Origin: Chamaesiphon sp.
Lineage (GTDB): Bacteria; Cyanobacteriota; Cyanobacteriia; Cyanobacteriales; Chamaesiphonaceae
Reading direction: 5' to 3'
Assembly: GCA_965246715.1 (NCBI GenBank)
Contig: CBDFFH010000044.1
Coordinates: 1 to 64,000, forward strand
Length of the DNA: 64,000 nucleotides
Shown: piece by piece, positions 40,793 to 50,674 of the stretch
How positions within the stretch are numbered: the first letter of the stretch is position 1
How the letters are laid out: the number at the start of each line of letters is the position of its first letter
Notes under the pieces: generated by a model
Seen by the model: the letters and a program-made list of their open reading frames with translations, nothing else
Database searches by the model: none
Told to the model about the DNA's origin: nothing
Translations under genes and position numbers: made by a program

Positions 40793-42916
40793 GCAGAGAA
40801 ACGAACTGGAATTATCTGTGTAGGAGCGCAAACAGGCTTTAGTGGGGCAAAAAGATGGGAGGAAAAACAACCAGAAGTTGCTGATTCACTGAAAAAATTA
40901 GCAGAGTCACATTCGCAACAAGATCCAACATTTGCAACAACGATTGCGTATACACGATTAACAGCGGCAGAAGCCCTCAAACAATTAGCCCAACAGGGTT
41001 ATATGCCGGAGCAATTGCCATCGCTGAGTACGATGATAGAAGTTTTAAATCGAACGGGCTATCGGCTCAGAAAAGTAGTGAAAGCAAAGCCTCAAAAAAA
41101 ATTGCAGAAACCAACGATATCTTCGAGAACATCAACCAGCATCAAAAACAGTTAGAATCAAAGAGAATCAAACGATTAAGTATTGACTGCAAAGCGAAAG
41201 TCAATATTGGAAATTTAAGTAGAGGGGGGAAAACTAGAGGAGATAATCAAGCTAATGACCATGACATGGGCTGTGAAGAAAAATATATCCCATGTGGAAT
41301 CGTTGATGAAGATACTGGAGCTTTACAGATTAGTTTTGGTAGCTCTTATAAAACAAGTGATTTTATTGCAGACACATTACAGGACTGGTGGGACATACTT
41401 CTACTGGAACAGCAGCAGACGATCGAGAAGATCCAAATTAAGGTGGATAATGGCCCTGAAAGCAGTGGTGTGCGAACTCAGTTCTTAAAAAGAATGGTAG
41501 ACTTTTCAGATAAAATTGGTAAATCTATTCACCTAATCTATTATCCACCTTATCACAGCAAATATAATCCGATTGAAAGATGCTGGGGAGTTTTAGAAAA
41601 GCATTGGAATGGGGCAAAGTTATTAAATGTATCAGCCATGCTAGCATGGGCAGAGAGTATGACCTGGAAAGGATTGCATCCTATTATTCAATTAAATAGT
41701 AAGATTTATCAAAAAGGTATTTCACTCAATAAATCAGCAATGAAAGAAGTGGAAGAAAGATTAGAACGGAACCCACTACTCCCTAAATGGGACATTCTGA
41801 TCCGCCCTGCCTAACTGGTATGTTCTTTATCGGGAATCACCTAAAGTAACGCTATACACTGGGATTGGATTACAAGTATTTTCGTTGGTAATGCTATCTG
41901 GGCTAAATCCCAATTGGCCGCAATTTACAGCGGTACTGTTCGTAATGGCCGCGCAGGCTTGTTCTGGCATTGCCAAAGACCTCACCAAGATGAGTACCAA
42001 GAGCGCGATTCGCTTGGTTGTCCCTCAAGATGCTCAATCGTCATTGTTTAAGTGGGTGGCAATCCTGACGGGTTCAAAAAACGCTCTCAAAGGGGTGGGA
42101 TTTTTCGTCGGTAGTGCCTTACTTGCTTCCGTTGGGTTCATTCATTCGCTCTGGATGATGGCAGGGGCGCTATTCCTACTGATGTTCAGCGGGCTGATGT
42201 TGCCCAAAGGGATGGGGAAAATCAAGAAGAAGGTCAAATTCAGCCAACTCTTTTCTAAGAGTAAAGAAATTAATGTCCTTTCTGCGGCAAGATTCTTTCT
42301 CTTTGGTTCGCGAGATGTCTGGTTTGTGGTGGGTTTGCCTGTATTTTTAAGCAGTGTTCTCGGTTGGTCATTCGCTCAGGTGGGAGGATTTCTGGCAATT
42401 TGGGTAATTGCTTACGGCATCGTTCAATCTTCTGCCCCAGTCTTATTAAACCGCTTTGGTTCCGGTCGTCCGCCACAAGCCTCGACAATTCGGTTTTGGA
42501 CATTTACCCTCACTGCCATACCTGCTCTAATTGCGATCGGGTTACAACTTAATCTCGAACCTAATGCGGTAATCATTGTTGGATTAATGTTATTTGGACT
42601 AGTATTTGCCTTTAATTCCGCAGTCCATTCTTACTTAGTACTAGCATATACAGATGACGACAAAGTAGCCCTGAATGTGGGCTTTTATTACATGGCAAAC
42701 TCGGCTGGACGATTGGCAGGTACTGTTCTATCTGGAATCATTTACCAATCGTTTGGATTAGTTGGGTGTCTGTGGACTTCAACGCTATTTATCTTAGCGG
42801 CTGGGTTGGTGTCACTGAAGTTACCCGATCCTCAACCGAGTAAGGACATTGCATGGAAAGCAGGCGAAGGAGACTAAGACAATCTCTATGAATAAAAGTA
42901 CCCGAACCGTTAATTT

Positions 42917-42965
42917 CGACTTCGCTCAACCAACTGCTGGATCGAGAGTTGGGCGAAGTCGAAAC
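42917..42965. repeat. REP-like inverted repeat after arsJ
   Basis: TTTCGACTTCGCTCAAC...GTTGGGCGAAGTCGAAA. Confidence 0.6.
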
Positions 42966-43009
42966 TCGTCAACGGAGGTACATTGTCTCTCGGAGATCGC
43001 CTAAATAGA

Positions 43010-44267
43010 CTTACCTCTTGCACCAGTACATAAAAACTGGTGAAATCACCTACTAGGCGGGTCACCCGATTCGTGACAAGTTAAGGCGCAAGTGCATTGG
43101 TCAAGCAGGGTTGAGAGGAAGGCTCAAAAAAGAATAAGCCTTCCCTACTCACTCGATCTGGAAATGGGTCAATAATCAATTTCTTGAATGGTTTGCGGCT
43201 AGATTTAATAATTCCCAAATCTCGATTTTCAGGAGCTGCAAAATATTTAATCGGGTCAGTAGCTAAACCCTTATGATGAGCAACATAGAAATGATAGAGA
43301 CCACGATAGATCATCTCTAAAGAAATGCGGTCGAAAGGAAGAGACACTTCATCGGCAACAGCATCACCTAAATCAACCAACACAGCATAAAATAGCCAAG
43401 TCCCCCAGAGTTGTAATTTAATACCATTAAGTGAACCTGTCCAGATATAACTCAATCCTAATAAGCGTTTAACAGTATTAAATGCTTCTTCGATTCGCCA
43501 CCTTCTGCCATACAAATCGGCTCTTTCCAGCTAATTGATTTTTTGGCACCTCTGCTAGACTGTCTAATTTCCTGAATACTGCTTCTAATGTTGAACCGTC
43601 ACTAGCCCAAATTCTAGCAAATTTAGTTTGAGCAAATTGAATGCTTTCCGGTAGTGGTCTTTTGTTGCGGCTGTGCCATTTTTGCTCAAATTGAGGCAGT
43701 AATTCTTTGAATACTCGCTCAAATATTTCAGCGGGAAATGTCAGAAATCGCTGTGATAATGCTTGTTGGCTGCTGGACGGGTCTCCCGCCCAGCTGACTT
43801 GTGTTGGTTCGCACCAGAGAAATCCTTCTCTGGCTAGTATTCTGCTCAGTTCTGTGACTCCCGCTACGTCTCTCCAGATTAGTGTTAGCACTGCTGCTAC
43901 CATCAGCGGCAGGTTCACTATTCTATCCCTCATTCCGAGTTGGCGATAGTATTTCTCTTGTGCTAACACTGCTGGCGTGACTAGCTGTTCTAATTGTGCT
44001 GCTATTTCCTCATCTTCCATCATCGGGCGTTGCTTTCGCTTGGCGTGGTCACGATTTGTCGTCCGCTTTTTGGGCATGTGTTAAACTCGGTTCTAACTCT
44101 GCGCTAGTCAGAGTTTGACATCTTTTCTTTCTCTCCTTGACAAACCTCGGTTTTTCTTAACTTGTCACAAATCGGGTCACCCGCCCAGCACAAAACTTAC
44201 TCCTGAGTACTAAAGCTAGCCACTAGCCACTAGCCACTAGTAACTTTGTTTTGATGCAAGATGTGAG
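43010..44267. mobile_element. MITE carrying a 24-bp repeat that itself carries an IS4-family element
   Basis: Flanks match the uninterrupted inverted copy at 57117-57229. Confidence 0.75.
43065..44176 (-). mobile_element. IS4-family element, internally deleted (transposase pseudogene 43081-44077)
   Basis: TIRs CCCGATTCGTGACAAGTTAAG / CTTAACTTGTCACAAATCGGG; TCA duplication; ASDGSTLE and YGRRWRIEEAF in two separate frames. Confidence 0.85.
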
Positions 44268-44433
44268 TAGAATCACTTATTTTCAGAACAGTCTAGATCG
44301 GCGCTCGAAAGCTGGATGTCGTCACGCTCACATAAAATCGATCGCTTCTACGATGTAAATGAATTGTTGCATAATTTATAGAACCCCCACCCAAGCTAAG
44401 ATTGATTAGCTACTAGGACTCGATCGACAACAT

Positions 44434-45777
44434 ATGCTCCAACTCAATCGCTATCAATGGACGGTATTATTCGCAGCTTGGCTAGGTTGGGGATTTGATA
44501 TTTTTGATGGATTGCTATTCAACTATGTCGCCCCTAATTGTATCCCCACGTTGCTGGGAATTCATCTGCCGATCGATCCGCAGAATGTCAAATTAATCCT
44601 GCAAGCCAAGCAACAAACTATTTATTGGAATGGCTTGATTACATCGCTCCTCCTGATCGGCTGGGCGGTTGGCGGCGTGATTTTTGGATATATTTGCGAT
44701 CGCATCGGGCGGACGAAAACACTCCTAATTACGATGCTATTTTATGCGATCGGGACGTTTTGTTGTGCCTTTGCGCCAAATATTGAAGTATTGGTATTCT
44801 GTCGGCTGGTTGCCAGTTTGGGGATCGGTGGCGAATGGGCGGCAGGTGCAGCGATGGTAGCGGAAGTCGTACCAGAGAAATCGCGAGTAGAAGCAGGCGC
44901 GTTGCTATATACTTCCGCCCCGATGGGTTTATTTCTTGCTAGCTTTGTTAACGACCAAATTGCTAGAGTCGCTATGCCGGGTAGTCCGGATACTTCCTGG
45001 CGATACGTGTTTTTATGTGGCTTAATTCCTGCGATCGTCGCCTTCATCATCCGCAGTTTTATCAAAGAACCTGAAGCCTGGGAATCGGAAGCAGCAAAGG
45101 GCAATCCACCGCAGATCGGTGAATTATTTAGCCCCGAAAATCGTCGAACTACACTCAGTGGCTTCCTAGTCGCGGTCATCGCTTTACTCACTTGGTGGAG
45201 CTGCAATGCCTTCATTCCGACGATCGCCTCGGAATTAGCTAAATTAAGCCTCAAAGCCCAGGGATTAACCGACATCAGGCAGATTCAAGTTAATATTGAA
45301 ACCTGGAAAACATCGATTACTTATGCTTTTAATGCTGGGGGACTGATCGGCACATTACTGACAATTCCTGCTGCTAAATACTTAGGTAGAAAATGGATGT
45401 TTGGGATTTATTTTGCATTATCTAGTGCTTCCTTAATTCTCGCCTTTGGATCGAAAATGCCTGCTGAATTGCAATTGTGGTCGTGGTTGTATTTTGCGAT
45501 CGGATTGACTGTATTTGGAATTTTTGGTGCGTTTACTTACTACTTACCCGAACTTTTCCCCACCCGCTTACGCGGTACGGGTTCTGGATTTTGCTATAAT
45601 GCTGGCAGGTTAATTACCGCGATCGGTCCATTTATCCTCGGCAGTGTTTCCGCAAAATCAGATAATCCCCTCCAAACAGCAATCCAATTGTTATTTTTTG
45701 TCGGATTTATTCCCCTTCTAGGTATTCTGGTAATGCCACTAGTCATCGAAACCAAGAACCGCAAATTAATCCAATGA
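44434..45777 (+). CDS. MFS transporter
   Basis: GWGFDIFD, CDRIGRTKTL, GIGGEWAAG, PELFPTRLRGTG. Confidence 0.92.
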   Translation: MLQLNRYQWTVLFAAWLGWGFDIFDGLLFNYVAPNCIPTLLGIHLPIDPQNVKLILQAKQQTIYWNGLITSLLLIGWAVGGVIFGYICDRIGRTKTLLITMLFYAIGTFCCAFAPNIEVLVFCRLVASLGIGGEWAAGAAMVAEVVPEKSRVEAGALLYTSAPMGLFLASFVNDQIARVAMPGSPDTSWRYVFLCGLIPAIVAFIIRSFIKEPEAWESEAAKGNPPQIGELFSPENRRTTLSGFLVAVIALLTWWSCNAFIPTIASELAKLSLKAQGLTDIRQIQVNIETWKTSITYAFNAGGLIGTLLTIPAAKYLGRKWMFGIYFALSSASLILAFGSKMPAELQLWSWLYFAIGLTVFGIFGAFTYYLPELFPTRLRGTGSGFCYNAGRLITAIGPFILGSVSAKSDNPLQTAIQLLFFVGFIPLLGILVMPLVIETKNRKLIQ

Positions 45778-45968
45778 TCGGATCGATTTGATTCTCCTTG
45801 CGTATCGGTGGTGCGATCGAGTCAATAATGGCTGCGGGGAGGGTGGGTTTTGAATTAGACTTTTAGAACTAGTGAGATCGATTTGATAAATCCGCACTAA
45901 GATAAACATTCTCGATCCCCTCAACCCACCCCCAAGATACCTTACCTACCGAATAAAGATCTAAAGAT

Positions 45969-46925
45969 ATGCAGCTTTTCATCGATACTAATATTCTGCT
46001 ATCTTTCTACTCGCTCAATCAGGAAGATCTCGCTGAGCTACATAAACTGATCGACGCGATCGAAAGACAACAAATTACATTATTGCTGACAGATCAACTC
46101 ATCGATGAATTCAATCGCAATCGCGAGCAACGCATCGACGGGGCGATCAAATCCCTCCGCACCCAAACTTTTAATCCTCAATTTCCCCAGCTCTGTGAAG
46201 ACTATCCAGAAGTCGAACTTTTACGCGGCGCACTCAAGCAATACGAGCAAGCTCACGTTGCATTAACTAGCAAGATTTTGGTAGATATTAAAGCTAAAAA
46301 TCTTAAAGCCGATCGCATCATTCAGTCTTTATTTAGTTCTGGTAAAAAGCTAGCAGCTAATCTGAATATTCTCGATCGAGCGCGATTTAGAATGGGTGTC
46401 GGCAATCCCCCTGGTAAGAATAATTCACTAGGCGATGCGATTAATTGGGAGTGTCTGCTCGATGAGACTCCAGTTGGTGAAGATCTATTTTTCATTACTG
46501 GCGATAAAGATTATGCTTCGGCACTAAATGAAGAGGAATTTAGCGACTTCTTACTAAATGAATGGTACGATAAAAAGCAGACAAATATTCACTTCTATAA
46601 ACGTCTCTCTGGATTCTGTAAAGAGCAATTCCCTGAAATTGCGATTGCAAGTATCCGCGACAAAGAGTTTCTAATTAGAGATTTTGTCAATAGTCAGTCG
46701 ATTGCGGATACGCAAAAAGCGATCGCCAAATTGAGTTATTATCAAGAATTTAGTGCTGCACAAGTCAATACGATCGTCGCTGCAGCAATTTCCAATCGTC
46801 AGGTAGCTTGGTCGATCGAAGATGAAAGCGTAAGCAGCTTTATCTCATCAGTGGTAACAAATAACGAACAGTATCTAGATGCAGCTAGCCTCACTAGTAT
46901 TCAAAACTTATTAGGTAAATCATAA
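45969..46925 (+). CDS. PIN domain protein (DUF4935-like) with C-terminal helical extension
   Basis: LFIDTNILL, GDAINWECLL, FITGDKDY. Confidence 0.8.
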   Translation: MQLFIDTNILLSFYSLNQEDLAELHKLIDAIERQQITLLLTDQLIDEFNRNREQRIDGAIKSLRTQTFNPQFPQLCEDYPEVELLRGALKQYEQAHVALTSKILVDIKAKNLKADRIIQSLFSSGKKLAANLNILDRARFRMGVGNPPGKNNSLGDAINWECLLDETPVGEDLFFITGDKDYASALNEEEFSDFLLNEWYDKKQTNIHFYKRLSGFCKEQFPEIAIASIRDKEFLIRDFVNSQSIADTQKAIAKLSYYQEFSAAQVNTIVAAAISNRQVAWSIEDESVSSFISSVVTNNEQYLDAASLTSIQNLLGKS

Positions 46926-47535
46926 AATCAGCAACAAGTTCGATCGAGATTCTTGGCGCGCAGGAGCCAAAGCGCGATCGCCAGTTCATTCTCGTCGGAA
47001 CGCCAGCAGACCTCTCCGAGCGGCTCGGCGCGCTGCTCGCCAAGAATTACGATCTAACTAGTCCGAATGCTAACCTCAACTCGATCGATCTGGTATATCC
47101 CGGTTTAAAAACAGCAGGCGTGGGTGGATTGCAATTTATTGCAGCGATCGATCTCGTCCAACAGCAGATCGCGCGCGCAAATTTTTTGACTCCAACTCAA
47201 GATAAATACGTTCTCGAAAAGCTCGATTTGGCGATTCGGAGTTTGGGTCTAAATTTCAGGCGACAGGGAACTGTAGCCCAGAGCGCTGATGGCAATGTCA
47301 CAAATGTGGCATAGCCATTAATAATTAAATTGGCAAGCGCTGCCAATAATCTGCTCGGTAATGCCAAAAGACTCGATTCAGATCCAGCTATAATGCCAAG
47401 ACAATCAGAAATACCCGAACCTAGTTATCGCGAGCTACCCGCTCGCTAATGCTAGTCCTCAGCCGTTCGAGCGCGAACAGCTTGTCGGCACCAGCAAGCA
47501 TAACCTTCGGATTTATAGAGACTCAGGAGACGACA

Positions 47536-47853
47536 ATGGCAGTTAAACAACAATTTGCAAGTTTTGAAGAGGCAATCGCCAATAGCGAACAACCAATCCT
47601 CGTTGATTTTTATGCTACTTGGTGTGGCCCGTGCCAAATGATGTCCAAGATTTTGGAGCAAGTTAATCTTCAGCTTAATGGACAGATGCGGATTATCAAA
47701 ATCGATACCGATCGCTATCCACAAATCGCTTCGACGCATCAAATTCAGGCATTACCAACCTTAGTGCTATTTAAAAATGGCCAAGCGGTAGATCGGATTG
47801 AAGGGGTCTTACAAGCGCATCAACTAATCGATCGCGTGCGGCAATTTTTATAG
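47536..47853 (+). CDS. trxA: Thioredoxin
   Basis: LVDFYATWCGPC; AGGAG RBS before ATG 47536. Confidence 0.92.
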   Translation: MAVKQQFASFEEAIANSEQPILVDFYATWCGPCQMMSKILEQVNLQLNGQMRIIKIDTDRYPQIASTHQIQALPTLVLFKNGQAVDRIEGVLQAHQLIDRVRQFL

Positions 47854-47936
47854 CAAATTTAGCAATAGTTTCGCTCGCTTGCTCACAAGAGGGATGTTAA
47901 TATTTAACATCCCTTTTTTTTCGATCTCCTGTTGGT

Positions 47937-48491
47937 ATGGCTAAATTCTATTCAGAACTCGATGCTAGTTTGTGTGAATTTATTCACCAACAGCATATCT
48001 TCTTTACAGCGACAGCACCGATAGCAGGGCGGATAAATCTCTCGCCCAAAGGGATTGATACCTTTCGCTGTCTGGATTTTCAGCGAGTAGCTTATTTAGA
48101 TCTCACCGGCAGTGGGAATGAAACCGCCGCGCATTTGTCGCAAAATGGGCGTATGACGGTGATGTTTTGTAGCTTTACCGATCGACCGTTGATTCTCCGG
48201 TTGTATGGTAGCGGTGAAGTAGTTTGGCCGCAGACACCAGACTGGGATAATCTAATCGATAGATTTCCCGATCTTCCTGGCAAACGGCAGTTAATTGTGG
48301 TAAATATAGAATCAGTTCAAACATCTTGTGGCTACGGAGTCCCACTTTATGAATTGCAGCAAGAACGCACGAATTTAATCGATTGGGCGAACAAAAAAGG
48401 TGTCGATGGAGTCAAATCATATCAACTCCAGAAAAATCACACCAGTATCGATGGATTAGATACCCATCTATCGGCAAATATCGATAACTAA
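47937..48491 (+). CDS. Pyridoxamine 5'-phosphate oxidase-family FMN-binding protein
   Basis: INLSPKG, YLDLTGSGNETAAH, QTSCGYGVP. Confidence 0.9.
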   Translation: MAKFYSELDASLCEFIHQQHIFFTATAPIAGRINLSPKGIDTFRCLDFQRVAYLDLTGSGNETAAHLSQNGRMTVMFCSFTDRPLILRLYGSGEVVWPQTPDWDNLIDRFPDLPGKRQLIVVNIESVQTSCGYGVPLYELQQERTNLIDWANKKGVDGVKSYQLQKNHTSIDGLDTHLSANIDN

Positions 48492-48618
48492 TAATCGATC
48501 GAGCGATAAATCCTAAATTGGAAGTTTGTCATCGTTCGCCCAGCGTCTCGGACCGAGAATCGAGGTAGCAACTCGATCCCGCTCATTTTCAACCAACTGA
48601 ATAACTGATAAAATCCTC

Positions 48619-50427
48619 ATGTTCGGCAAATATTCGCTTCTAGGAATTTTAGGTAGCATCCCGATCGCGTGTCTGATGATAGCACCGCTGGCCGCAGAAG
48701 GATCGCTATACATTTCCTATCCTCCCGCCGATTATCAAACTGCAACCGATCGAATATTTGTAATCGGGAGCGCGCCGAGTGAGGGTTATGTATCGATTAA
48801 TAATAAACCAGTGCCTCGAAGTAAGAAGGGACACTTTGCGTCTGTATTTAATCTCAAAGTCGGTAAAAATACCTTTGAGATCGATTATAAAAATCAGCAT
48901 AAAGCGATCGTCGTCACGAGAGCCGCCAGCGCGAAAGAGGCAGCACCTAAAAATAATTTTGTCCCGAATTCGCTCGAACCTCAAGGCGACATGGCACGGA
49001 TGCCCGGAGAATTAGTTTGCTTTGGCGCATCGGCACCGACTAAAGCCAGAGTCAATGTCAATATTTCTGGACAAGATATCAAATTACAAGAACAAAGTAA
49101 TGTTGTCGATCTGCCCGATAATAAAGCAGCACTGATCGATCGCAATCAACCGCAAGCAATGTATGGTGCGGGGCAATATTTAGGTTGTGCGATCGCTTCT
49201 GCGGCAGCTGATTTGGGCAATCCGACTTATAAACTCGAAGTCAATACCCCCACACCCACAACAGTCTCACAAGCAGCACCTGGAAAAGTCCAGATTTTAT
49301 CGCCTGTCAATCTCGATATCGCTGAAGTGAAAGTAGATAGCGGCATTACCCGAACGGGTGCGGGTTCGGATTTTAGTCGGCTCACTCCGCTACCGAAAGG
49401 CACCAAAGCCGCGATTACCGCCCGTCAGATGGGAAATAACAATGGTAAGCAGGCCAATTGGGTAAGACTCGATTATGGGGCGTGGATGCTTGCCGACCAG
49501 GTGCAGGTAACCACTGGCATCGGGGTACCGCCGAAAACGATCGTTAAAAGCGTCACTAGCCAAGAGCGTCCTGGCTCGACAGATGTGATTTTTCCCTTGC
49601 AAGTAGCCGTACCGCTGTCGCTCGATCGAGGGCAAAATACCTTCACGCTGACGCTGTACAATACCACCGCTCAAACAGATATCATCAAGTTCAATGATAA
49701 CCCGGTCGTATCGGGGCTAACTTGGAAGCAGACGGCTCCTGGAGTGGTTCAATATGTCTTCAACCTCAAATCCAAACAACAGTGGGGTTATAAGGTCAAA
49801 TACCAAGGTAGCAGCCTGGTATTGTCCCTACGCCATCCCCCGAAACTCGATCGATCGAATATCGATAAACCGCTGGCTGGGATGAAAATTTTGTTAGATC
49901 CCGGACATGGCGGTAAAGATTCGGGAGCACTAGGGCCGAATGGTTATGCCGAAAAAGATGCCAACCTCTATGCCTCGAAGCTCCTAGCCAACGAGCTGTC
50001 GATGCGTGGTGCCTCCGTCTATCTATCCCGCGAAGTAGATAAATTTATCGAATTAGACGATCGCAAGACCATCATCGATAACCTCGAACCGACGCTGGCG
50101 CTCTCTGTCCATCACAACTCGCTCCCCGACGGCGGCAATCCCGACACGAAAGGATTTTCCACCTTCTGGTATCATCCTCAAGCCCAAAGCTTGGCCATGT
50201 ATCTCCACAATTATGTGGTTAAAAGTACCGGTCGTCCTTCCTACGGCGTATTTTGGGATAATCTCGCCTTGGCGCGCCCCACATCCGCACCTTCGGTACT
50301 ACTAGAGTGGGGCTTCATGAGCAATCCCAGCGAATTCGAGCAAATCGCCAACCCACTAGAACAGCAGAAAATGGCAAAATCGATCGCCGAAGGAATTACG
50401 CAGTGGTTGGTATCCGCAGCAGATTAA
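48619..50427 (+). CDS. N-acetylmuramoyl-L-alanine amidase (Amidase_3)
   Basis: ILLDPGHGG, EKDAN, LSVHHN, SVLLEWGFMSN. Confidence 0.92.
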   Translation: MFGKYSLLGILGSIPIACLMIAPLAAEGSLYISYPPADYQTATDRIFVIGSAPSEGYVSINNKPVPRSKKGHFASVFNLKVGKNTFEIDYKNQHKAIVVTRAASAKEAAPKNNFVPNSLEPQGDMARMPGELVCFGASAPTKARVNVNISGQDIKLQEQSNVVDLPDNKAALIDRNQPQAMYGAGQYLGCAIASAAADLGNPTYKLEVNTPTPTTVSQAAPGKVQILSPVNLDIAEVKVDSGITRTGAGSDFSRLTPLPKGTKAAITARQMGNNNGKQANWVRLDYGAWMLADQVQVTTGIGVPPKTIVKSVTSQERPGSTDVIFPLQVAVPLSLDRGQNTFTLTLYNTTAQTDIIKFNDNPVVSGLTWKQTAPGVVQYVFNLKSKQQWGYKVKYQGSSLVLSLRHPPKLDRSNIDKPLAGMKILLDPGHGGKDSGALGPNGYAEKDANLYASKLLANELSMRGASVYLSREVDKFIELDDRKTIIDNLEPTLALSVHHNSLPDGGNPDTKGFSTFWYHPQAQSLAMYLHNYVVKSTGRPSYGVFWDNLALARPTSAPSVLLEWGFMSNPSEFEQIANPLEQQKMAKSIAEGITQWLVSAAD

Positions 50428-50674
50428 ATAACGATCTTGCCGAAACTTCCTGTTCGCACATGCCGATTACCTTCAGGTTCGAGTTCGTAACCTAATTCAG
50501 CAAAGCCGCAAATTCATCACGTTGAAACCGAGTCATCAACGATTTGGGATTGACGATGATGGCTATTTTCAGTGCGATCGTGTTGCGAACCCGACGCTTG
50601 TTTACAGAGGCTTAGTCAACGACCCAGCAACCTTTTCGTTTAAAATGACGATCGCACCAACCTCTCACTACGGC

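Larger units (their letters stand above)
39028..41841 (+). mobile_element. ISAzo13-family element (itself interrupted by ISAs1)
   Basis: TIRs GGTGATTCCCGATAAA / TTTATCGGGAATCACC, TAA duplication; transposase pieces 39103-39304, 40803-41100 and, after an A-run frameshift, to 41814 (DNGPE, YYPPYHSKYNPIERCW). Confidence 0.9.
38792..42877 (+). pseudogene. arsJ: Organoarsenical efflux MFS transporter ArsJ, interrupted by nested IS elements
   Basis: 5' part YWGFTITDGALR...QFGL (to ~39027); 3' part resumes KVTLYTG...GIAKDLTKMSTKSAI...VGFYYMANSAGRL. Confidence 0.9.

Noticed and set aside
41090..41105. Frameshift in the ISAzo13 transposase as a novel feature
   Set aside because: A-run slippery site, a common programmed -1 frameshift in IS transposases.
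40748..41155. 135-aa ORF as a separate gene
   Set aside because: ISAs1 end fused to the middle of the ISAzo13 transposase.
44216..44240. Heptamer tandem repeats (TAGCCAC; also AATTGAG ~25454, CATAATT ~54775)
   Set aside because: Common cyanobacterial short tandem repeats; no specific function supportable.
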